Source: an uncultured Chloroflexia bacterium | GTDB lineage: Bacteria > Chloroflexota > Ktedonobacteria > Ktedonobacterales > JADMIN01 | Direction: 5' to 3' | Length of the DNA stretch: 32,000 bases | Assembly (NCBI GenBank): GCA_963718915.1 | Contig: CAVRAI010000003.1 | Coordinates: 480,001 to 512,000 of the forward strand | Shown here: in pieces, positions 1-7,875 of the stretch | Position numbering within the stretch: position 1 is the first letter of the stretch | How the letters are laid out: the number at the start of each line of letters is the position of its first letter | Position numbers and translations under genes: made by a program | The notes under the pieces: generated by a model | Seen by the model: only the letters and a program-made list of their open reading frames with translations | What the model was told of the DNA's origin: nothing | Databases searched by the model: none

Positions 1-1
1 T

Positions 2-673
2 CAACATCGCACTGAGGCAGGGCAACTTTCTGAGGAGCAGATTCATGCATTGGAAGACGACCCTGCTGTTATCGACCTGCTCCTACGAACTCTTGAACAA
101 GCAGCCTTGACGAGCGATGCAGACAAACAGACACTGCTCGCTAAGCTTTTGGCAGAGAGACTTGGCACTGATACAGACTCTGAGCTTGCTCTCGTAAGTC
201 GTATGGCATGCAATACCATCCCTAACCTAAGTGGCCAGCAGCTCAAGATCATAGCGGTGCGCTATATCCTATTCTTTCAGCGATACAACGAGACCATCGA
301 GAGTCAGAGTGACGATGTTTCCACACGTCGCCTACGTGAAGTTGAGTGGCTCATCAGCATGTTCGAGCCATACCAGGATATAATAGCAAGCACACACGAT
401 GCCGAGCATCTTGCAGGTGTTGGATGTTTCTTTGGGAAACAAGGATTTCTTGCGTACGAACTCAAGTCTACCCTAACACAGATGGTATCCCCTGATCTCG
501 ATCTAGATATGGTAATGAAAACGGCAACCTGGCAGCATCTTGAAACAGTATGGAACAACGCCAGACTGGCAGGTTTCGATCTTACGTCGGTGGGCTCGAT
601 GCTAGGAATGTACACATCCGATATCTTGGCAAATCGCCCGAACGATGTAGACAAATGGTTGAACCGTAGCTAA
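2..673 (+). CDS. 5'-truncated (window edge) all-helical hypothetical protein, partner of the downstream HEPN gene; tentatively LPO_1073/Vpar_1526-like or Abi-alpha-like
   Basis: This frame is open from base 2, with no stop before the TTG at 50 used by the ORF track, so the gene probably continues upstream. Stop is TAA 671-673, 17 nt before the next gene's ATG. G+C is visibly lower (about 50% on hand-counted lines) than the rest of the window. The segment DKQTLLAKLLAERL...NLSGQQLKIIAVRYILFF recalls those helical families, from memory and unverified. Confidence 0.55.
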   Translation, partial: QHRTEAGQLSEEQIHALEDDPAVIDLLLRTLEQAALTSDADKQTLLAKLLAERLGTDTDSELALVSRMACNTIPNLSGQQLKIIAVRYILFFQRYNETIESQSDDVSTRRLREVEWLISMFEPYQDIIASTHDAEHLAGVGCFFGKQGFLAYELKSTLTQMVSPDLDLDMVMKTATWQHLETVWNNARLAGFDLTSVGSMLGMYTSDILANRPNDVDKWLNRS

Positions 674-690
674 GCGTTAAGGAGCAACTA

Positions 691-1524
691 ATGCAACCAG
701 GATGGGATATAACGTCTGAATGGCTGGAATGTCCGGTGTGTCATCACATCATTCTTCGTTCACAGGAACTCAGCAAAACAAGTACTCCATGCCCTGAATG
801 CGGGAAACCTGGCACCAGGAGTCTATATCCCGACTCGCCCGAAGCCGACTTCATCCACATGGCCGCGTACTTCTTTGGGCAAGGAGAGAAACGCAGAATC
901 GCGAATCAGGCTGAGCGGCTAGAGGAGGCGCTCCTTGAAATTGGGAAGCAGTACGACCCTGAGTACCTCGAAGAGCTCGCAACAGAGTTGGCCCAAAGAT
1001 TTAACGGCTCAGCGGACCCAGTAATTGACGCACAAATGCTTCAATGTTCGCTCGATTACCTCATGAGTATCCTCGATATTTCGATGGATCAAGCGATACG
1101 CGTGTGGCATCCACTGATGGGTTCCACAAAGGGCACTTTTGAGGAGCACAAAGCCACTGTCCTCATGGCATGCAGCGCATTTGAGAGCATGTTTCTCAGC
1201 CTGCTAATACATGTAGGTATCTGGCGTGGTGGTCTGGAACCCCAAAAGGCGAAACGCATAGTTGAGCAGTTAGGAGTACCAGGGCGGACTTATAGCCAGT
1301 TTGAAAAGTGGGCTAATTGCTCCATTGATGATAAGGCAGAACAGATTGGATACTCAGCTTTCTGGGAGAATTGGCGCAAGATTAGGGCCGTTCGTAACAA
1401 ATTCATGCACGGGAAAGATGATCCAATCAAAAGGAGTACCGCCATTGATGCTTTTAAGTTACTACCGCAACTCGTCGCATTCTTTGTAACTCTAAACAAC
1501 CACTTTGCCCCAAAGGCACCCTAA
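691..1524 (+). CDS. Zinc-ribbon + HEPN-domain protein (predicted RNase-type effector)
   Basis: ATG 691 is preceded by AAGGAG (679-684). N-terminal CPVC (from nt 730) ... CPEC forms a zinc ribbon. The C-terminal ~125 aa is helical and carries AVRNKFMHG, an Rx4H HEPN motif (R235 = nt 1393-1395, H240 = nt 1408-1410). Low G+C like the upstream gene. Confidence 0.75.
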   Translation: MQPGWDITSEWLECPVCHHIILRSQELSKTSTPCPECGKPGTRSLYPDSPEADFIHMAAYFFGQGEKRRIANQAERLEEALLEIGKQYDPEYLEELATELAQRFNGSADPVIDAQMLQCSLDYLMSILDISMDQAIRVWHPLMGSTKGTFEEHKATVLMACSAFESMFLSLLIHVGIWRGGLEPQKAKRIVEQLGVPGRTYSQFEKWANCSIDDKAEQIGYSAFWENWRKIRAVRNKFMHGKDDPIKRSTAIDAFKLLPQLVAFFVTLNNHFAPKAP

Positions 1525-1544
1525 CTGGGGACGGAGACACACTC

Positions 1545-1631
1545 ATGCATAACTACACCGAAGGCGCCCTCGTCGAGCAGCCCGCCATCGCCCTGCTCAA
1601 ACAACTCGGCTGGCAGCATCTCAACTGCTGA
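1545..1631 (+). pseudogene. hsdR: Type I restriction enzyme R subunit (hsdR) 5' stub, 28 codons then TGA
   Basis: Encodes MHNYTEGALVEQPAIALLKQLGWQHLNC*, versus MHDYSEDALVEQPAIALLKQLGWPHINA at 4113. There are 8 mismatches over 84 nt, with a 49-50 nt perfectly identical core (about 1565-1614 = 4133-4182). GGAG lies 9 nt upstream of the ATG. Confidence 0.7.
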
Positions 1632-1695
1632 CGAAGCTCGTATCGGGCGAGGCCGATGTCGCGGCGCTGGAGATAGCGGAGCGGGAAGATGCGAT

Positions 1696-1950
1696 ATGAT
1701 GAGGAGAACAACCATGCGTGATACCCAGCCCCCCATCACCGACGACGAAGAATATCATGGCTATCAGCGAGCACGGGATAAAATGACCCTGCTCGTTGAA
1801 CAACGTGAAGCACGGCTGATTGATGCGCTGGCGCGTGGGAATGGAGAAGAGATTGAGGATCGGCGCTTTGATCTGCTCGATGCCTTACGCAAGCGCCAGG
1901 GCATCCTTGATGCGCTCAGCGTGTATGAACACCGCCAGCAGAGCGCCTAG
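1696..1950 (+). CDS. Small hypothetical helical, charged protein (84 aa)
   Basis: ORF with an ATGA overlap (ATG 1696-1698 / TGA 1697-1699) to a short upstream reading frame, which suggests former translational coupling. No recognisable motif. Confidence 0.4.
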   Translation: MMRRTTMRDTQPPITDDEEYHGYQRARDKMTLLVEQREARLIDALARGNGEEIEDRRFDLLDALRKRQGILDALSVYEHRQQSA

Positions 1951-2130
1951 CATCAGCCAACATTGGCCACGTGTGTCGTCCCCTCAGTGGCGCGCGCCGT
2001 GGCGATTTATCCGCCAGCCGCCGTCCGACGCGGAATCATCCGCCCGCGCAATTGAGATGCGGAGGTATTCGCCCGCGTCTCTGGCTCCCCTCCCCGCGTC
2101 GGGGAGGGGCTGGGGGAGAGGTCAGCCCGC

Positions 2131-2222
2131 GCAGGCGGGCTTTGTGGCCGAGTGCAGGCGGGCTTTGTGGCCGAGTGCAGGCGGGCTTTGTGGCCGAGTA
2201 CAGGCGGGCTTTGTGGCCGAGT
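2131..2222. repeat. 23-bp tandem repeat x4 (gcaggcgggctttgtggccgagt; 4th unit starts with a)
   Basis: Read directly: units at 2131-2153, 2154-2176, 2177-2199 and 2200-2222. The unit is related to the dispersed ggcgcggtttNaaccgcc / gcgggtttcgtggccgc motif family. Confidence 0.9.
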
Positions 2223-2454
2223 ACAGCGAGGCAGTTCAGGCGCGGTTTTAACCGCCAGCCTCCATTGCGCGCGGCTCCAATCGCCAAATCACGTACAGGA
2301 AGCAGGGGGATCTCTGGCTTCAGCCGTGGCGAGTGTCAAGGGGGGATATTAAGCGACCATAGCGAGTCATGTACGAAACGCATGGTATTATCACCTCTTA
2401 AGGCAACCATCCTTCTCCATTGAAGTAGTGAATCCGACGCGCCAGGAGGTCTTG

Positions 2455-3837
2455 ATGCGCCACACACCATCCTCGCGGCCCCGCGTGCTCATGGGTCTCT
2501 TCTTCTTTCCACGTGGCGGGTCCGCACAGGTGACCAACTCGCTCGCCCACGTCTTGCCGCGCCAGGGATGGGATATCACCGTCATGTCCAGCTCACTCCA
2601 TGTGCCTGGGCTTCCTGGCGACGCCCGCGCCTTCTTTGAGGGACTGGATCTCTATCCACTTGACTGCACCGCTGCCCTCGACGCTGCTGATCCGTTGATG
2701 GCTGATCCGCCGCTGCCACCCTCCTATGAGGATCGTCCTGGCGCCCAGGATCGCGTCTTCGCGGCGGTGGATGACGCGACCTATACGCACCTGACGGATG
2801 CCTGGGCGCAGGCTCTCCATAAGGCCGGAGCCGCCGAGGCTACCATCCTGCACCTCCATCATTTGACCCCGCTGAATGCCGCTGCGGCGTGTGTTGCCCC
2901 ACACGTGCCCGTGGTTGGGCATCTGCATGGCACCGAACTCCTCATGCTGGAGCAGATCGCCCATGGCCCGCCCGCAGGGTGGATACACGCCAATGCCTGG
3001 GCGGATCGCATGCGTAGCTGGGCGGCGGCCTGTCAGCTGCTGATCGTGCCATCAGCCAGCCTGATACCGCGTGCGCAGGCGCTGCTGGGCGTCCCCGCCG
3101 AGCGCTGCATCCACCTGCCCAACGGGTTCGATCCCCAGCAGTTTGATCGGCGTACCGTGAACCGACAGGATCTCTGGCGCCACCTCCTCGTCGAACACCC
3201 ACAGGGCTGGCGCCCTGGTGATATCCCCGGCTCGGTTGCCTATACCGCACACCAGGCGCGTGCCCTCGCGACCGCCTCAGTGCTGCTCTATGTGGGACGC
3301 TTCACGGCGCTCAAACGCCTGGACCTGCTGCTGCGTGCCTTTGTGCGTGCCAGCCCTGCCTTCACCGCGCCAGCGAACCTGGTCTTATTGGGCGGTTTTC
3401 CGGGGGAGTGGGAGGGTGAACACCCCTTCGAGCTGATCCAGGATCTGCGAGCGCACAACGTGTTCCTGGCAGGTTGGCATGACCATAGCGAACTCCCGGC
3501 GATCTTCGCTGCCGCGGATGCGGTGATCCTCGCCTCAACCCAGGAGCCGTTTGGTCAGGTGCTGGTAGAAGGCATGGCCTGTGGCTTGCCCGCCATCGCC
3601 ATGGCAGCCGGTGGTCCCAGCGAGATCATCGCCGATGGAGAGACCGGTTGGCTCGTGCCACCCGATGATGAAGCCGCCTTCGCAGCCGCCATGGTATCGG
3701 CGGTCAACGACCCAGGCGAGCGGCGCGCGCGTGGAGATGCCGCCTATGATGTGGTACATGATCGCTACAGTTGGCCAGCGCTGGGAGCGCATCTCGCATG
3801 CATCTACGAACAGGTATCCAGGACGAATGCGAGATGA
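2455..3837 (+). CDS. GT4-family (GT-B fold) glycosyltransferase
   Basis: AGGAGG (2444-2449) precedes ATG 2455; the ORF track's GTG 2428 is less likely. C-terminal EPFGQVLVEGMACGLPAIAMAAGGPSEII matches the E-x7-E retaining glycosyltransferase signature. N-terminal FFFPRGGSAQV is the typical first beta-alpha loop. Confidence 0.85.
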   Translation: MRHTPSSRPRVLMGLFFFPRGGSAQVTNSLAHVLPRQGWDITVMSSSLHVPGLPGDARAFFEGLDLYPLDCTAALDAADPLMADPPLPPSYEDRPGAQDRVFAAVDDATYTHLTDAWAQALHKAGAAEATILHLHHLTPLNAAAACVAPHVPVVGHLHGTELLMLEQIAHGPPAGWIHANAWADRMRSWAAACQLLIVPSASLIPRAQALLGVPAERCIHLPNGFDPQQFDRRTVNRQDLWRHLLVEHPQGWRPGDIPGSVAYTAHQARALATASVLLYVGRFTALKRLDLLLRAFVRASPAFTAPANLVLLGGFPGEWEGEHPFELIQDLRAHNVFLAGWHDHSELPAIFAAADAVILASTQEPFGQVLVEGMACGLPAIAMAAGGPSEIIADGETGWLVPPDDEAAFAAAMVSAVNDPGERRARGDAAYDVVHDRYSWPALGAHLACIYEQVSRTNAR

Positions 3838-3961
3838 CACCATAGGCGCCACTGCATCCCATCTGGCCTGGTGTCGTCCGAACCGACCTTTCTGAATGAT
3901 ACTGATTTCGGTTAGGATGTTGTTGTAATGAGGTGGCGTGCTTGAGCATGCCGGTGAGCAT

Positions 3962-4033
3962 GCCGGAAGCCCAAAGGCCCCGGCGAATGGGGACGGAAAT
4001 TCGCCGTAGCGTTCACGCTACGGCCTTCCTCCG
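3962..4033 (+). repeat. Structured ~70-nt GC-rich repeat module (three consecutive hairpins), copy 1
   Basis: Sequence gccggaagcccaaaggccccggcgaat-ggggacggaa-attcgccgtagcgttcacgctacgg. It shares a 27-nt identical block and the ccgtagcg-ttca-cgctacgg hairpin with 22830-22902. Related hairpins lie at 24541-24560 and 24823-24843. Confidence 0.85.
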
Positions 4034-4112
4034 TATGACAATCCAGCAGTACTGTCTATACAGCAATCAGAAATACGACGTATGTCTTGATTGAAAGGCA
4101 AGCTAGAGCGCT

Positions 4113-7100
4113 ATGCATGACTACAGCGAAGACGCCCTCGTCGAGCAGCCCGCCATCGCCCTGCTCAAACAACTCGGCTGGCCACATATCAACGCCTTCC
4201 GCGAGACCTTCGGCGAGAGCGGCACGCTTGGCCGCGAGACCGAGGGCGAGGTAGTCCTGGTCAGACATCTGCGCGCCGCGCTGGCGAAGCTCAACCCCGG
4301 CGTCTCCCCCGACGCGCTGGAGCTGGCTATCGAGCAGATCACCCGCGACCGCTCCGCCATGAGTCCCGCCGCCGCTAACCGCGAGGTCTACAGCCTGCTC
4401 AAAGACAACATCGTCGTCCGGATGCGCGATACCAGCGGCAACGAGCGCGACGAGACCGTCTGCCTCATCGACTGGAACACCCCCGCCAACAACGACTTCC
4501 TGCTCGTCTCGCAGCTCTGGGTCGCGGGCGATATGTACCGCCGCCGTCCCGATCTCGTCGGCTTCGTCAACGGCATCCCCCTCGTCTTCGTCGAACTCAA
4601 AGCGACCCATCGCCGCCTGGAGCACGCCTATCAGGACAACCTGCGCGACTATAAAGACACCATCCCCCAGCTCTTCTGGTACAACGCCCTCATCCTCCTC
4701 TCCAACGGCAGCCAGACTCGTGTCGGCTCCCTCACCGCTGGCTGGGAGCACTTCTTCGAGTGGAAGAAGATTGAAAGCGAAGGCGAGCCGGGCGTCATCT
4801 CGCTCGATACCGTCCTGCGCGGCGTCTGCGACCACACCCGCCTGCTCGACCTCGCCGAGAACTTCATCCTCTATCGCGAGAGCGGCGGCGCGCTCATCAA
4901 GATCCTCGCCCAGAACCATCAGTATCTCGGCGTCAACAACGCCATCGAAGCCGTCCGCGCCATCCGGGCGAATCAGGGCCGCCTCGGCGTTTTCTGGCAT
5001 ACCCAGGGCAGCGGCAAGAGCCTCTCGATGATCTTCTTCTCCCAGAAAGTCCTGCGCAAACTGGCTGGCGTCTGGACCTTCCTCGTCGTCACCGACCGCC
5101 AGGAGCTCGACGGCCAGATCTACCAGACCTTCGCCACCACCGGAGCCGTCACCGAGGACGAGCGCGCGATTCACGCGGGCAGTGGCGAGCAGCTCAAGCA
5201 ACTGCTGACTGAGCAGCACAGGTATCTGTTTACGCTCATCCAGAAGTTCCATACCGAGCCAGGCATCGCTCTATCCCGAAATCTCCAGCCGCGACGACAT
5301 CATTGTCATCACCGACGAGGCCCACCGCAGCCAGTACGACCAGTTCGCCGCCAACATGCGCCGCGCCCTGCCCAGCGCCGCCTTCCTCGCCTTCACCGGA
5401 ACCCCGCTCATCACCGGCGAGGAGGAAAAGACGCGCGAAGTCTTCGGCGACTATGTCAGCGTCTACAACTTCAGCCAGTCCATCGAAGACGGCGCGACCC
5501 TGCCGCTCTACTACGAGAACCGCATCCCCGAACTACAGCTGACCAACCCCAACCTCAACGCCGACATCGAGGGACTGATCGAGGCCGCCGACCTCGACGA
5601 CGACCAGGAGCGCAAGCTGGAGCGCGAGTTTGCCCGCGAATATCACCTCATCACCCGCGACGAACGCCTGGAGAAGATCGCCGAAGACCTCGTCGCCCAC
5701 TTCCTTGCCCGTGGCCAGCCCGGCAAAGCGATGGTCGTCAGCGTCGATAAAGCCACCGCCGTCCGCATGTACGACAAGGTCCGCGCCCACTGGCAATCCA
5801 CCCTCGCCGACCTGCGCGCCCAGCTCAGCCCGCCCGCCATCACCTACCCGGTAAAGTCGCCGCGCCCAGGCGATAGTGGCGATACCCCGCCCACTGTTGG
5901 AGCTACAACTGCCCCGCTCTCCGAGGCCGAGCGCGCCCGCCTGCGAGAGCAGATCGCCTTTATGGAGGCGACCGATATGGCCGTCGTCGTCTCGCAGTCC
6001 CAGAACGAGGTCGCCGACTTCCGCGAGAAGGGGCTGGATATCGCCACCCACCGCCGCCGCATGGTCACCGAAGACCTCGAAACCAAATTCAAGGATCCCG
6101 TCGACCCGCTGCGCATCGTCTTCGTTTGCGCGATGTGGATGACCGGCTTCGACGTCCCCAGCCTCACCACCATCTATCTCGACAAGCCCATGCGCAACCA
6201 TACCCTGATGCAGACCATCGCCCGCGCCAACCGCGTCTTCGCCGACAAGACCAACGGCCTGATCGTGGACTACGTCGGCGTCTTCCGCAACCTGCAGAAA
6301 GCGCTGGCCATCTACGGCGGGACGCATCTCGACGGCATGGGCGGCGACGAGGCGGAAGACACGCCCATCAAGGACAAGAGCGAGCTGGTCGCCGCGCTCC
6401 GCCAGTCCCTCGCCGATCTCGACATCTTCTCTGACCTGCACGGAATAGATATCCCCGCGCTGCTCGCCGCCAGGGGCTTCGACAAAGCCCGCCTGCTCGA
6501 CGACGCCGTAGACACGCTCGTCGCCAATGACGACATCCGCAGGCAATTTCTATCAGATGTGGCGCAGGCGGCGCTGCTCTACCGCGCCATCCTGCCAGAT
6601 ACCAGCGCGGGCGAGTTCACCGCCGCGATGAGCCTCTACGTCGCGCTCAGCAAGAAGATACGCGCCCTCTCGCCCGAACCCGATACAGCAGGCATTATGG
6701 CCGCCATCGATAAGCTGCTCGACGTCAGCATCGCCAGCGAGGGCTACGTCATCGAGCAATCGGCAGACTATGCCACCGCTCGCTACATCGACCTCAGCCA
6801 GATCGACTTCGACGCCCTGCGCGCCCGCTTCGAGCATGGGCGCCAGCACATCCTCGCCCAGGAGTTGCGCACCGCCATCGAAGGCAAGCTCCACGATCTC
6901 ATCGCGCGCAACCGCACGCGCATGAACTACCAGGAACGCTTCGAGCGTCTCATTGCCGACTACAACGCGGGCAGTCTCAACGTCCAGCAGTTCTTTGATC
7001 AACTGCTCGTACTCACCCGCGACCTGAACGCCGAAGACAAGCGCCACATCGCCGAAGAACTGAACGAAGAGCAGCTTGCCATCTTCGACCTGCTCACCCG

Positions 7101-7371
7101 CCCCAACGTAGACCTGTCCGGGCGCGACCGCCAGCAAGTCAAGCGCGTCGCCCGTGACCTGCTCGAATCGCTCAAGCGCGAACAGCTTGTCCTCGACTGG
7201 AAGAAACGCCAGGCCGCACGCGCCGCCGTCAAGGTCGCCATCGAGAAAGTCCTCGACAACGAGCTACCCAAAGCCTATACCCGCGACCTCTACGAACAAA
7301 AATGCGATAAGGTCTTCCAACACATCTACGACAGCTACGCCGACGCCACCCACAACATCTACGCCGCCTGA
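4113..7371 (+). pseudogene. hsdR: Type I restriction-modification R subunit (HsdR, SF2 helicase/nuclease with DUF3387-type C-terminus), interrupted by a +1 frameshift near 5268-5272
   Basis: Frame A (4113-) gives the N-terminal nuclease region, then QGSGKS (motif I) and ...LIQKFHTEPGIA. Frame B (open from 5209) continues YPEISSRDDIIVITDEAHRSQYD (DEAH), FTGTPL, QTIARANR and a long C-terminal helical domain ending at 7371. The junction ggc atc gct c|tat ccc indicates one extra nucleotide. Confidence 0.9.
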
Positions 7372-7560
7372 TCGGCGTTGCCATCTCGTGAGGATATGCT
7401 CGCCCCAGGATTAGCCGCGGGTCTTCAGCCTGCGGCCCCCTCGCTCGACCTGAAACCTCGCCCGCTGGCGATTAGCCGCGGCATTCATGCCGCGAACCCG
7501 CCCTACCACGCACTGCGCCCTCCGCTTCCACTCTTCGCCCAGGTCTCTGCAGTCCGCGAC

Positions 7561-7606
7561 GGCGGACTTGGTGGCCGCAGGCCCAAGAGGCGCGGTTTCA
7601 ACCGCC
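7561..7606. repeat. Dispersed GC-rich motif-family element (ggcggacttggtggccgcaggcc..aggcgcggtttcaaccgcc)
   Basis: Near-identical to the reverse complement of 24613-24650, and related to 9596-9640 and 2235-2260. Confidence 0.8.
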
Positions 7607-7690
7607 CGCGCTGCCCACCGCAACGCCCGTCTCCGTCACACATGCTAAAACACATCAACCGCCCGCTCATTGGCTGAGGTCCATCCCCGC

Positions 7691-7719
7691 TTGACGCCCT
7701 CCGCCCCGCGTCCGATACT
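7691..7719 (+). promoter_or_regulatory. Candidate sigma-70-type promoter, TTGACG-N17-GATACT
   Basis: -35 ttgacg at 7691-7696, a 17-nt spacer, and -10 gatact at 7714-7719, about 155 nt upstream of the GTG at 7876. Pattern match only. Confidence 0.3.
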
Positions 7720-7783
7720 GAGCGAGATAGCGCGTGAGCGGATTGTGACTCGCGCATAGCATCCCAAAACGGTATCATCCCGG

Positions 7784-7821
7784 TATCTGCTATATCTGCT
7801 ATATCTGCTATATCTGCTATA
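7784..7821. repeat. 9-bp tandem repeat x4 (tatctgcta) plus a degenerate 5th unit
   Basis: Units at 7784-7792, 7793-7801, 7802-7810 and 7811-7819, in the leader/promoter region of the MBL-fold gene. Confidence 0.9.
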
Positions 7822-7875
7822 GCTGGATAGCATCGCGAGTAGCATTGTAACGGACTTCTCAAAGGATAGGCGCCC

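Noticed and set aside
2131-2222. Possible CRISPR array
   Set aside because: The units abut directly with no spacers, the unit is only 23 bp, and it belongs to a dispersed motif family. No cas genes are nearby.
1820-2423. Several overlapping ORFs (143, 150, 83, 66 aa) across 1820-2423
   Set aside because: They are translations of the 23-bp tandem array and GC-rich repeat elements. Periodic peptide repeats such as AGFVAE reflect DNA repeats, not genes.
4056-5252. 398-aa minus-strand ORF (and 5533-6546, 6553-7137 minus)
   Set aside because: These are antisense shadows of hsdR. They have low-complexity Asp/Glu/Gly/Ala/Val composition and no start context.
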